DNA of 64,000 nt from TPA_inf: Saccharomyces (lineage: Eukaryota), in NCBI GenBank assembly GCA_000146045.2, contig BK006937.2, positions 32,001 to 96,000 on the forward strand. The letters run 5' to 3'. The notes beneath the pieces are model-generated. The model was given only the letters and a program-made list of their open reading frames with translations. It was not told the origin of the DNA and made no database searches. Positions 1-10,164 of the stretch are shown here, in pieces. Position 1 is the stretch's first letter; each line of letters begins with the position of its first letter. The position numbers and the translations under genes were made by a program.

Positions 1-1974
1 CCACCCGCATCAAGAAATGTTTCTGCAGAAATTTTTGTAGTGTGTAAAGGTTTCAAGGCACCAAAGAGGCTGGACCCAAGATTACTGGATCCAAAAGAAG
101 TTTTTGAAGAATTGCCAGATGGGCAACAGAATATGGAGTCCAAGATTTATAATCCCGAAAAAAAAGTTAGAAAAAGACAAGGTTATGAGGAAGGTGATAA
201 TTTACTGTATCATGAAACCTCAATTTTGGATTTTGTCAGGACGGAAGACCCAATAAGCATGCTTGGAGAAATGAATAAGTTTACAATTGATGAGAATGAC
301 CATGAATGGAAGATCTTGAAGAAATTGAAACAAACCACAGACGAGTTCCGTTCCTGTATTGAAGATTTAAAAGTCTTGGGTAAAAAGGATTTTAAAATGA
401 TCCTAAGATGGAGAAAGATTGCAAGGGAAATCTTGGGCATCGAAGTTAAGGACGACGCTAAAACAGAAATTGAAGTAGTACCGTTAACAGAAGAGGAGCA
501 AATTGAAAAAGATTTGCAAGGTTTACAGGAGAAGCAGCGTCTAAATGTCAAGCGCGAAAGAAGAAGGAAGAACGAAATGAAGCAAAAGGAACTACAGAGA
601 ATGCAAATGAACATGATAACCCCCACTGATATTGGTATTGAAGCCGCAAGTTTGGGTAAAGAATCGTTGTTTAATTTGAAAACTGCAGAAAAGACTGGTA
701 TCTTGAACGACTTGGCGAAGGGTAAGAAAAGAATGATTTTTACAGACGATGAATTAGCCAAAGATAATGATATTTACATTGATGAAAACATCATGATCAA
801 AGATAAGGATTCTGCCGCTGATGCGGACGATTTAGAAAGCGAGTTGAATGCCATGTATAGTGATTATAAAACTAGAAGGTCGGAAAGGGATGCCAAGTTT
901 AGAGCTAAGCAAGCACGTGGTGGCGATAATGAGGAAGAATGGACCGGTTTTAATGAGGGAAGTCTAGAAAAGAAAGAAGAGGAAGGTAAAGATTATATCG
1001 AAGACAATGACGATGAAGGTGTCGAAGGAGACTCCGATGATGATGAAGCCATCACCAATTTGATTAGCAAATTGAAGGGACAAGAAGGTGATCACAAATT
1101 GAGTAGTAAGGCACGTATGATTTTCAATGATCCGATATTTAATAACGTTGAACCTGATTTGCCAGTAAATACCGTCAATGATGGCATAATGAGTTCCGAG
1201 TCTGTTGGTGATATTTCTAAATTAAATAAGAAAAGAAAACATGAAGAAATGCACCAGAAACAAGATGAAGCAGATTCTTCGGATGAGAGTTCAAGTGATG
1301 ACTCCGATTTCGAAATTGTGGCCAACGATAATGCATCAGAAGAATTCGATTCTGATTATGATTCAGAGGAAGAAAAAAATCAAACAAAGAAAGAAAAGCA
1401 TTCCAGAGACATTGATATTGCTACTGTTGAAGCCATGACTTTGGCACATCAGTTAGCATTGGGTCAGAAAAACAAGCATGATCTTGTTGATGAAGGTTTC
1501 AATAGATACACCTTCCGTGACACCGAAAATTTGCCAGATTGGTTTTTAGAAGATGAAAAGGAACATTCAAAGATAAATAAGCCGATTACTAAGGAGGCAG
1601 CGATGGCAATTAAAGAAAAAATAAAGGCAATGAACGCCCGTCCTATTAAGAAGGTTGCTGAAGCTAAGGCAAGAAAGAGGATGCGTGCCGTAGCTCGGTT
1701 AGAAAAGATCAAGAAGAAGGCGGGCTTGATTAACGATGATTCAGACAAGACAGAGAAGGACAAGGCTGAAGAAATTTCTAGATTGATGCGTAAGGTTACC
1801 AAAAAACCAAAGACCAAGCCAAAGGTTACTTTGGTTGTTGCCTCAGGTAGGAACAAAGGTTTGGCAGGTAGACCAAAGGGCGTTAAGGGTAAGTATAAGA
1901 TGGTTGATGGTGTCATGAAGAATGAACAAAGAGCCCTAAGACGTATCGCAAAGAAGCATCACAAGAAAAAGTAG
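1..1974 (+). CDS. SPB1: SPB1 (YCL054W) AdoMet-dependent rRNA 2'-O-methyltransferase, C-terminal ~657 codons; 5' end lies outside the window
   Basis: The reading frame is open from position 1 with no upstream stop in frame, so the listed 40..1974 ORF is only a GTG artefact. The acidic/lysine-rich C-terminal sequence matches Spb1, and a TAG stop sits at 1972-1974. Confidence 0.85.
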   Translation, partial: PPASRNVSAEIFVVCKGFKAPKRLDPRLLDPKEVFEELPDGQQNMESKIYNPEKKVRKRQGYEEGDNLLYHETSILDFVRTEDPISMLGEMNKFTIDENDHEWKILKKLKQTTDEFRSCIEDLKVLGKKDFKMILRWRKIAREILGIEVKDDAKTEIEVVPLTEEEQIEKDLQGLQEKQRLNVKRERRRKNEMKQKELQRMQMNMITPTDIGIEAASLGKESLFNLKTAEKTGILNDLAKGKKRMIFTDDELAKDNDIYIDENIMIKDKDSAADADDLESELNAMYSDYKTRRSERDAKFRAKQARGGDNEEEWTGFNEGSLEKKEEEGKDYIEDNDDEGVEGDSDDDEAITNLISKLKGQEGDHKLSSKARMIFNDPIFNNVEPDLPVNTVNDGIMSSESVGDISKLNKKRKHEEMHQKQDEADSSDESSSDDSDFEIVANDNASEEFDSDYDSEEEKNQTKKEKHSRDIDIATVEAMTLAHQLALGQKNKHDLVDEGFNRYTFRDTENLPDWFLEDEKEHSKINKPITKEAAMAIKEKIKAMNARPIKKVAEAKARKRMRAVARLEKIKKKAGLINDDSDKTEKDKAEEISRLMRKVTKKPKTKPKVTLVVASGRNKGLAGRPKGVKGKYKMVDGVMKNEQRALRRIAKKHHKKK

Positions 1975-2142
1975 TAACAAAGAGCATTATTTTTCCATTC
2001 CCTTGTATAATATTGAAAATAAAGGAAAAGAAAGCAATAGATATATTATGTATACATAGAATTAATCAAATTATCATCAAAAAACTTATAGGAAACCTAT
2101 CGTTTTGAATTCAGAAAATACGAGTGCACAGTAGAACAATTT

Positions 2143-3393
2143 TTATTCCCGTTTTACTGATCTTTTCTTCTTGTTGTTACCAAATACCTTGGAGAAAATG
2201 TATATGATGGAGATGAGTAAGCATAGTAACGTACCATTTTTGATCTTGGAATAATCCTTTGTGTCAGGCCTTGGAATTGGTACTAGAAGAGTTGTCGAGT
2301 TCAAATGGCGGAATGTAGTATCGTCTGTAAAGAGAGATTCATATCCTAGACCTTTTTTATAAAATGGATTACGGGAAACTTTATTGTCACCTGTGTCGCA
2401 GGCTAATATAACTTCTGGATCAAATGAAACTTCTAATTTATCCCCTTTATTATTAGAAGGCTCAATATATCTAGTATGCAATGTCACTTCATTCATTGTG
2501 CCGGCTTTCAATTCAAAGATACTTTCAGAACCCCATGCCTTATCTCGAAGAGAGTATTCTGGTAATTCTAAGTCGTCTTCTCCAAAAAGTAGTAAGGGAG
2601 AGGATTGGAATTTATCGATAAATAATTCTAACGGCAATTGCAGGTGCATTAGATACATGCATTTAGGGCGTTCTTCGAAATCTGTGAGATCAATCATGAT
2701 TTTTGGATGCAAACCGATAGGTTCATTCAGATATAGTGATGTCGTAGTCGTCGAGTGATTGTATGCGATATGGCCCTGTTTATACAATAAGGATGTTTTC
2801 TGACATCTTTCCATTTTACCATCGTCCATCCTCCAATTACAACGTATTCCACCAATATCGACATCACTTTCATCACTTGCATCCACAAAGAATACACCTA
2901 CTTCGAGTTTCTCATCTTTCACTCTTGCAATTGTAAATTCTTCACCCTGTTTCAACAGACGATATTCAACAATTTGGATTTGTGTGGGCTCCACTGATAT
3001 ATCATATGTAAAATCTTCTGGATTCCATGACAGATTCAAATCTACTTCGGGAGGCAAGTACTGCTCTATGTCAAACTTCTCACTGTGAAATGAATTGTAG
3101 ACTGGGTTAGTAATAAACCTTTCCGGCACATCCGAAGAATTTGAGTAAACTGAAAAGCCAGCACTCAGTTCATTTTCTATAACGCTTAAACTTCTAGCCA
3201 AGTCCGCTCTGGGCCTCCAAGTGATTCTCGTAAAGGATTTATCCAAGCTTCCAGTCCTCTCTAATAGCCACCTTTGTTGTAAAACCACACCAGAACCTCC
3301 ACGAACAGTCAAATGAGTGTCATTTTGGCGCATATGATTACCGATATCCTCAGGGGCATTGTAGAGTACAGTCACTCTATGTCTTGTCACCAT
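2143..3393 (-). CDS. PBN1: PBN1 (YCL052C) ER protein required for GPI-mannosyltransferase I / protease B processing
   Basis: The 416-aa ORF has exactly the length of Pbn1 and carries a C-terminal TM segment followed by a KKKRSVKRE tail. Its position between SPB1 and LRE1 fits chrIII gene order. Confidence 0.85.
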   Translation of the reverse strand: MVTRHRVTVLYNAPEDIGNHMRQNDTHLTVRGGSGVVLQQRWLLERTGSLDKSFTRITWRPRADLARSLSVIENELSAGFSVYSNSSDVPERFITNPVYNSFHSEKFDIEQYLPPEVDLNLSWNPEDFTYDISVEPTQIQIVEYRLLKQGEEFTIARVKDEKLEVGVFFVDASDESDVDIGGIRCNWRMDDGKMERCQKTSLLYKQGHIAYNHSTTTTSLYLNEPIGLHPKIMIDLTDFEERPKCMYLMHLQLPLELFIDKFQSSPLLLFGEDDLELPEYSLRDKAWGSESIFELKAGTMNEVTLHTRYIEPSNNKGDKLEVSFDPEVILACDTGDNKVSRNPFYKKGLGYESLFTDDTTFRHLNSTTLLVPIPRPDTKDYSKIKNGTLLCLLISIIYIFSKVFGNNKKKRSVKRE

Positions 3394-3864
3394 TACTCAG
3401 CTAGAAACGCACACTTCTTGCGTTTATTCTCCTCCCGATTTGATTATGATTAGCGTTTCCATTATTTGATCTTTTTTATCAGGGGGATCTTCAAAGAAAG
3501 GAACTTTTTTTAGGAAAAAAAAAATAATCATCTTTTATTACATGTGTAATACTTCAAGCAATCATAAACAAGAGTTAAGAAGGCAAAGTTCTGCTGTTAG
3601 TGTGTCCTCCAATACTCTTGCACGACAAAGTTTTAGTTATCCCCTTCTACGTGTATTGTTCCTCCGTGGTCGATTGTGTTCAAAGATTGGGAGCTCTTTT
3701 CGTGTTTTGCACTAAGAGCATACTGTTAATCCGCAAAGGCCACTAAAACTTACCTGCATTTGTCTACTTAAAGATACATTCCAACTATTTACATTCATTT
3801 TTATTTCTAAAAGAGCATTCTGAACCCTCGGCAATTATTTCATACTCCTTCTCAGAATAGGAAA

Positions 3865-5616
3865 ATGCCCAATACGCATACTCAACATGTGCAAATATCA
3901 GAGCCAAATCCTGTAAATACTTTGTCTACACCATCCAAAAGAGGTCACCGCCATCGCAGATCGCTAGCAATATCAGGAGATTTTGATTTTTTGAAACAGC
4001 CTGCAGCAATTGTGAATTTACCACCTCCACAGGCGGCTGAAAATTGTCCTTCAACTGCCCCAACTGCTGTATCAAGTACATTATCGCCAATACGCTACAA
4101 TAGATTTCCTTGCAAAACCAATGAAGACGCTGGAACGTTAGATTTGCCTGAACCAAGATTTTATCCGTTATCACCAAAGAACAATCTGCAAACACCAAGT
4201 CCACGATTTTTCATTAGTGAAGAGCCAAGTTTTTCATCGCCAGTTAAAGGCGTCCCAGATGCCATTATTAACCTTGACGATGCGTTGAAGACAAGGCCTA
4301 GGTCATTTAAATCACATAGAAGATCTGAATCCGCTCCTCCTGATTTGGAGGTTATGGTAGATAAGGGCAATTGTGCAGCCGGTTCTAACTCTATGATTAA
4401 AGAAGAAGAGGACTCCTTAATTGAACCAGAATCGAAAAATGAATATTATGAGCAAAAGCTTCCAACAGCACTATTATCCCCACTGCGGCCTTCCCTTTGT
4501 GTATCTGAACAGGCCATTGATGTAGATGATTCAGCTCTCAATGGGTCACCGACCCATCACAACCATGGGATGCAAAACGCCAATGCACGGAATTCCAACA
4601 CATTCAATTCGTTGAAGATCAAAGGCCAAAAGCAAAGATATTATCATTATACGAAGCAGCTACCTTTGACCGTAGGCTGTGACTCGCAATCTCCAAAAGA
4701 ACAAAGGTCGGCTGCTTCAATGACAATCAATCAGGCAATGACACCTTCTTCCCTGGCCTATACCCCTTCTAAACTAGCATCTACTCCCGCAACACCAGTA
4801 TCCTTTTATGACAGCAATGCGGACATTAACTTAGAAAGTGATAATTTTCCACTAAAAGATAACCCTAGATATGCCAAGGATGGTTATCCTAAAAAGTGCG
4901 GCAATTCACAGCTTAATCGTGTGCTGGATAGCGATAAAAGACAGGATTTTAGTGGAGAATCGAGAAGAAGAAGATCGGGCAGTCCTATCTCCCACATGCA
5001 ACACCGCAACCTGATTGATAATATGAAAGGTAGACGAAACAGTAACACGATAAACTCAATCTTCAACTACAAGAGTCAACATTATGAAATGCCATATGAT
5101 GATATGATGAAAAATGAAAACATTAATGCACAGTCCATGCCCTTTTCAGTCAACGGTGTCAACAATGAAAATAGTATCGGAGGGGTTATTACGAGAGCGG
5201 ACGATGCACCCCTTCAACACTCTGTGGTCAAATCCTGTACGCCTGATGGCAAGGAAGAAATGAATAGGCTTAAAAGTAATGACAGTAATGAATATTCCAA
5301 GTCTGAAGGGCAGATCAGAACCAATTCGCAACTAAGTAAGGACATTCTCATGGGTGAACCAGGTGATATGGTTGATCTGTCCTCTTTTGTCAACGCGCAG
5401 AGAAAAGCCTCAAATGAAACTGGTGACTTAGTCTTTAGTTTATCCCAGGATGATGACGCACTGAAAACGTTCCATGCGAGCAACAGCGCAGCAACAAGCA
5501 ATGAAAGCTGGTGTATTAGCGATGATGCGTTAGGAAAGCAGGCGCAGGACAGTGAAGTTAGGAGGAAAAGAAAATCCAAATTAGGACTCTTTAGACATAT
5601 TTTTTCAAGGAAGTAA
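3865..5616 (+). CDS. LRE1: LRE1 (YCL051W) laminarinase-resistance protein / Cbk1 inhibitor
   Basis: 583-aa S/N/P-rich low-complexity ORF with the right length and position for YCL051W. Confidence 0.8.
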   Translation: MPNTHTQHVQISEPNPVNTLSTPSKRGHRHRRSLAISGDFDFLKQPAAIVNLPPPQAAENCPSTAPTAVSSTLSPIRYNRFPCKTNEDAGTLDLPEPRFYPLSPKNNLQTPSPRFFISEEPSFSSPVKGVPDAIINLDDALKTRPRSFKSHRRSESAPPDLEVMVDKGNCAAGSNSMIKEEEDSLIEPESKNEYYEQKLPTALLSPLRPSLCVSEQAIDVDDSALNGSPTHHNHGMQNANARNSNTFNSLKIKGQKQRYYHYTKQLPLTVGCDSQSPKEQRSAASMTINQAMTPSSLAYTPSKLASTPATPVSFYDSNADINLESDNFPLKDNPRYAKDGYPKKCGNSQLNRVLDSDKRQDFSGESRRRRSGSPISHMQHRNLIDNMKGRRNSNTINSIFNYKSQHYEMPYDDMMKNENINAQSMPFSVNGVNNENSIGGVITRADDAPLQHSVVKSCTPDGKEEMNRLKSNDSNEYSKSEGQIRTNSQLSKDILMGEPGDMVDLSSFVNAQRKASNETGDLVFSLSQDDDALKTFHASNSAATSNESWCISDDALGKQAQDSEVRRKRKSKLGLFRHIFSRK

Positions 5617-5835
5617 TACAACAATATTAATAATAAGTAATAAAAAGGTGAATCGTAACCTTAACGGCATTGATTGCATGTAGTTTTAATAATAAAGTGT
5701 AGAATAATAAATATAAAATTTCAAAGTCATCAGAAATAAAAATTGAATAGACATATACATATAGAAATTACTTCTATCATTTAAATACATATATATACAT
5801 ACATGTATACGTGTATACTTGTACTTGTGAAGGAC

Positions 5836-6801
5836 TCAATAGTTGTATTCGTTTGGTTTTTGACCAGAAGTGTTTGGGAAACCACATTCCAATAAGATAT
5901 CGTTAATCAATTCAGGTTTTTCAGTAATCTTGGAGAAAACTTCATCATTTTTGGTTAAGATCATACCACAATAACCTGTGGAGTTGAAACCTATCTTCAT
6001 TTCATCAGAAAAGGCCTTCGAGCGTGGAACGACACAGATCCATTCCTTGGTTAACATAAGATTGTAGGATTTCTTTAGTTCTGGATTTTCGTTCAACCAG
6101 TCCTGGAAAAAGGTCAAAGCTCTTTGCAATATGGAGATGTAACACATAGCTAATAGGTCTTCATCAACAGTTTCTTCAGACTCCGGCATTGGCAAGACAA
6201 AATGAGCGAACGAGACTTTAGCATCTTGCAAAGGTTCAGTATTGAAAGTTGGTAGGAAATGTTCTTTACCATTACATAGTCTATCTTGGAAAGTGACGAA
6301 CTTTTCAGGCATTTGCAGAATTTGCAAATGTTTGTGGTCCAATGAAGAACCACTGGCTGGACCAGAATTGTAAAAGACCATGTGTCTCTTGTCGGATTCT
6401 TCATTGTCCAAGGCACACAGCAACTTATAAGCAGTCAATAAATCGGTTGGGGTCAAGGCATCAGTTTGATGTTGGTATTCGTTAGTTACCAATAAAGTGT
6501 GTTCAGGGATTACAGGGAATTTGTTTAATAGCAATTTATACGCTTTGTTATCGGCACCACCAAATTCTGGGATAACCGTTAATTCTTCCTCAGGTTTGCC
6601 TAGTGGATCCTCTCCTTCTGGAGTTTGGCCACGCTCTGGCTTTTCGATCAGACTTGGCATGTGACTAATCAAGTATGGCATGCTGGTTTTTGGGTCCTTT
6701 GTTTTCGTTGTTTCAGTCTGGATAAATTTTAAGTTACCATTATCGAAGGCACTTTTGTACTTGTCACTAATTAAAGATGCAATGTCAGCGGGGATACTCA
6801 T
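5836..6801 (-). CDS. APA1: APA1 (YCL050C) diadenosine tetraphosphate (Ap4A) phosphorylase I
   Basis: 321-aa ORF with the HIT-like ATP adenylyltransferase fold sequence. Length and position match APA1. Confidence 0.9.
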   Translation of the reverse strand: MSIPADIASLISDKYKSAFDNGNLKFIQTETTKTKDPKTSMPYLISHMPSLIEKPERGQTPEGEDPLGKPEEELTVIPEFGGADNKAYKLLLNKFPVIPEHTLLVTNEYQHQTDALTPTDLLTAYKLLCALDNEESDKRHMVFYNSGPASGSSLDHKHLQILQMPEKFVTFQDRLCNGKEHFLPTFNTEPLQDAKVSFAHFVLPMPESEETVDEDLLAMCYISILQRALTFFQDWLNENPELKKSYNLMLTKEWICVVPRSKAFSDEMKIGFNSTGYCGMILTKNDEVFSKITEKPELINDILLECGFPNTSGQKPNEYNY

Positions 6802-7580
6802 TTTTATTTTAATTTTTACTTTTCTGTTTGTTCTAAAATCTATCTAAACTGGCTTTCAAGATCAATCTATTGTCTTTTAAGGTAAACTTTAAATTGGAAA
6901 TAATAGTAATGTTAGTTCCTTCATTTTAACCTTGTATTGTATTTCCTTTGCGTGATGAAAAAAAAACTGAAAAAGAGAAAAATAAGAAAATCTTCTAGAA
7001 CGTTCCGAAACAGGACACTTAGCACACAAATACAGAATAGGAAAGTAAAAGGCAATATATGAATGCAGTGCTTGTAACTGGTGCTTGTATCCAAGAATAG
7101 CTTCTTGCTGTAGGTTATGGGAATATCGTGTAAGCTGGGGTGACTTTTGAGCTATTCGCGACGCCCGACGCCGTAATAACTACTTTCGACAGACCACTTA
7201 TGACAGTATTTCAGGCCGCTCTTATAAAATGACATGTTAACAAACAGTTCTGATTATTCGCCTTTTGACAGGACGATAATGTAAATAGTTGTGGTAGTAT
7301 CATTCAGGTATGTAACTGTTTACTTTGTATCGCTTGAAAAAAATAAGCATTTCAGAGCCTTCTTTGGAGCTCAAGTGGATTGAGGCCACAGCAAGACCGG
7401 CCAGTTTGAATGCTCAACTCTTCAAAAGAAATTCCTCAAATATGTCCAGTTTCATGTACTGTCCGGTGTGATTTATTATTTTTTATTTACTTTGTAGTTC
7501 TTAAAGCTAAGATTTTTTTCTTTGATAAATTCTTGTTTTCATATCCTAAAATTAAAGGGAAAATAAACAATACATAACAA

Positions 7581-7591
7581 AACATATAAAA
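7581..7591 (-). promoter_or_regulatory. Candidate ARS consensus (TTTTATATGTT, 10/11 match to WTTTAYRTTTW); proposed ARS305 A element
   Basis: 10/11 ACS match on the bottom strand, inside the 985-bp AT-rich APA1-YCL049C intergenic region where ARS305 maps in S288C. The exact A element is not remembered with certainty. Confidence 0.3.
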
Positions 7592-7785
7592 ACCAACACA
7601 ATAAAAAAAAGGATCAAATACTCATTAAAGTAACTTACACGGGGGCTAAAAACGGAGTTTGATGAATATTCACAAGATAAAAATCATATGTATGTTTCTG
7701 ATATATCGATATACAATCAAACACTTTCAAGAATTTGTTTGTAGACTTTTTGCTAGAGACCTCATCAAAGTGCTACCAACTAAGA

Positions 7786-8724
7786 TCAACTTATACTTCT
7801 TTTAGAGAAAATTTTTTTCAATGTACTCCAAAGAGATTTAGATCCTGTCTCTTCCTCTTCCTCTTCCTCGAAAGTCAAAGAAAAATCAGAGTCTCCCTGC
7901 TTATTCAGGCGGAGAGGCTCTAGGGTAGTTGCGTTTCTCTCATTGGGACACTGAACCTCATTTTCCAACATTTTGGTCATGTAAGAGGCGACAGGCTCAT
8001 CGCAGGTGGGTGCATCAACATGGTAGTACCTGGACCAAGCGCTACATTGAGTCCCTCCTGGATAAACACCGCTACAATATTGTCTTTGGACGTTTGCCCA
8101 AACCATATCTTTTGAATACCAAAGCTGGACCACATTGTATGGCCTAATCATTGGTGCTACCATAATACTGGATTGGGAAACAGTCTGGTTAATTTTTTTC
8201 AACCAATTTTTCTTATCTAGCAATGATTTAATAAACCTGAAATCTAAATTGTCTTCGTTAGCGTCTGTGTCATAATCTACAATTGAGTACTGTGACGTCC
8301 AATTATATGGCACCGAGATGGGGAATCTGTCCGGTGTTTCGTCGCTGTTATCCTTCTCCTCCCTCCAAATGCAGTCAGAGGCAGGTGCCCATTCGGTTCG
8401 CCAGTCTCCGTTATTTACTACTTGGTACTGTTCCCAATCGTAATACGTTTCCTCTGGGTTGAAGATACTTGCTCTGCTCTTGACATTGCCCATAGCCACA
8501 CCACGAGAAACATCGTGGAAGATTACGGAGCTGTTTACGATAGCAGGAGCAATGGATTTGACGAATGACACTTGATAAAAGTCTTTGGTCGAAAATACAG
8601 TATCAACGCCGTCGTGGGACTCGACCCCTGGTAGAAGAAGCAGAGCATCTAGATCAACGGTAGATGCTGCAGAGGTCAAAGCCACAAAGAGGGAAGATGC
8701 AGTTACGAGGTATTTACTAAACAT
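7786..8724 (-). CDS. YCL049C, uncharacterised protein with a predicted N-terminal signal peptide
   Basis: 312-aa ORF starting with a hydrophobic signal-like N-terminus (MFSKYLVTASSLFVALTSAAS). Length matches YCL049C. Confidence 0.8.
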   Translation of the reverse strand: MFSKYLVTASSLFVALTSAASTVDLDALLLLPGVESHDGVDTVFSTKDFYQVSFVKSIAPAIVNSSVIFHDVSRGVAMGNVKSRASIFNPEETYYDWEQYQVVNNGDWRTEWAPASDCIWREEKDNSDETPDRFPISVPYNWTSQYSIVDYDTDANEDNLDFRFIKSLLDKKNWLKKINQTVSQSSIMVAPMIRPYNVVQLWYSKDMVWANVQRQYCSGVYPGGTQCSAWSRYYHVDAPTCDEPVASYMTKMLENEVQCPNERNATTLEPLRLNKQGDSDFSLTFEEEEEEETGSKSLWSTLKKIFSKRSIS

Positions 8725-9487
8725 TGGTTCGAAGTGATTACAGATTTTTCTCTCTTGAACCCTGGAATTGCAATAGCTTGGTTCCTATTGGGACCGGACC
8801 CTCTTGCGTAAAGTATATATTTAGAAGCAGCTATTTAAATCTGAATGCAAGACGAAAAAAAGCTCGTTTATAGGAGAAAAATACCAAAAAAAGGAAAACC
8901 ATACACATTCGGGTATCCCAGCTTTGCTTGCAAAATCAATCGATGAGCAAGACAAACAGGGCCAGCTGATGCATATGTTTTGTGTTGCTTTCCTACGATC
9001 AGCTAATGCGAGTGTTATAAATATTCCCCTAGTTTTCTTCTCCTCCTTTATGTAACAATAACTTGTGGACTTCCCCAACATAAGACTAAAAGCAAAGGGA
9101 TAACAAGGGATTTATCTTATTCCATCCCTTTGCCTAGCGCACTGTTACGCAGCTGATCTTATCAACAAGTGTGGTTCTTGCCTCTAAGATTTACATTGCC
9201 TTTTCCCAAAGGGAAGGTGGGACAAAACTCATTTTCCCTAAGGGGAAACGTAAGATACCCTTTAGGGAAGATAAGGGAAGTTAGTAGATTGACGACGTAA
9301 ATCTGTGATGAGATGAAAAAAAAAGATTAGCATCTATATAAGAAAGTACATAACCTCCATTTAAGTTGAAAAAAATTTGTATGTAATGTCTTTTCTTCCT
9401 CTTTTCTTTATTTCATTCTCACCGCTAAATCGATAACGGCTAAAACAATTAAAGCTCCCTTTTCAAACCTTATACTTCCGTTAAATA

Positions 9488-9727
9488 ATGCAAATCAAAA
9501 ACATTGTCGCTGTTCTAGCTACAGTCACTGCTATCAACGCCCAAGTTGGCATTGAACCTAACGCCACTACTCCAAATGCTACGCAGCCAAATGCTACGCA
9601 GCCAAATACTACTCTTCCTACCGCTTCGGTGACTACGACAGTTTCGATTGGCGAAGCCGTAGTTAATACCATGGCGGCGGGTGCCTTTGGAGCAGCAATC
9701 GCTGCCGGTGTTGCCTTCTTATTCTAG
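9488..9727 (+). CDS. YCL048W-A small secreted/GPI-like N/T-rich repeat protein
   Basis: 79-aa ORF with a signal peptide, then PNATT/PNATQ/PNATQ/PNTTL repeats, then a hydrophobic G/A-rich C-terminus resembling a GPI-attachment signal. Confidence 0.6.
   Translation: MQIKNIVAVLATVTAINAQVGIEPNATTPNATQPNATQPNTTLPTASVTTTVSIGEAVVNTMAAGAFGAAIAAGVAFLF
9557..9616. repeat. Four tandem copies of a 15-bp unit (ccaaatgctacgcag and variants)
   Basis: Direct tandem repeat read in the sequence. It encodes (P-N-A/T-T-x)4, giving four N-x-T glycosylation sequons inside YCL048W-A. Confidence 0.8.
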
Positions 9728-10005
9728 GAACATTTTTATTTCCTTTATTTTTTTCTTTCTTTCTAATTCCATAACCGTTGTTCAAAATTGGGGAGCTTTT
9801 TAACTTTCGTTCCATTAAGCTTTTTCTTTGTTCTTTACGTTTGATTCTATTTCAACCATAATTTATTTTTTCGTTATTTAATAATTACTAATATTTAATA
9901 CTAGATGTATATACGTTGTGTGTATGCGCTACTATAGTATAGCTTAACTGTTTTATTATACCCTTTTTTTCTCTCTTTACTGTACAGAAGATGCGTCACT
10001 AATTC

Positions 10006-10028
10006 AAAAAAAAAAAAAAAAAAAAAAA
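10006..10028. repeat. Poly(dA) tract, 23 nt
   Basis: Uninterrupted A run upstream of SPS22; a likely nucleosome-excluding element. Confidence 0.9.
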
Positions 10029-10164
10029 TATAAAAAAGAAAGATTTTGGAGAAGCTATATCCTTTTGTGACATACAATAGAGAAACTTGTTCTGTTGGTA
10101 AGATATCTCATCTGAAATACAACAAGGAAAACCAAAAGCCATTTTTTCATTACTTGATCGACTT

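Noticed and set aside
210-1916. Antisense ORFs inside SPB1 (210-761, 1092-1325, 1464-1916).
   Set aside because: They lie opposite a clearly coding, lysine/acidic-rich gene, they are hydrophobic/Ser-rich translations of low-complexity antisense sequence, and they have no independent signals.
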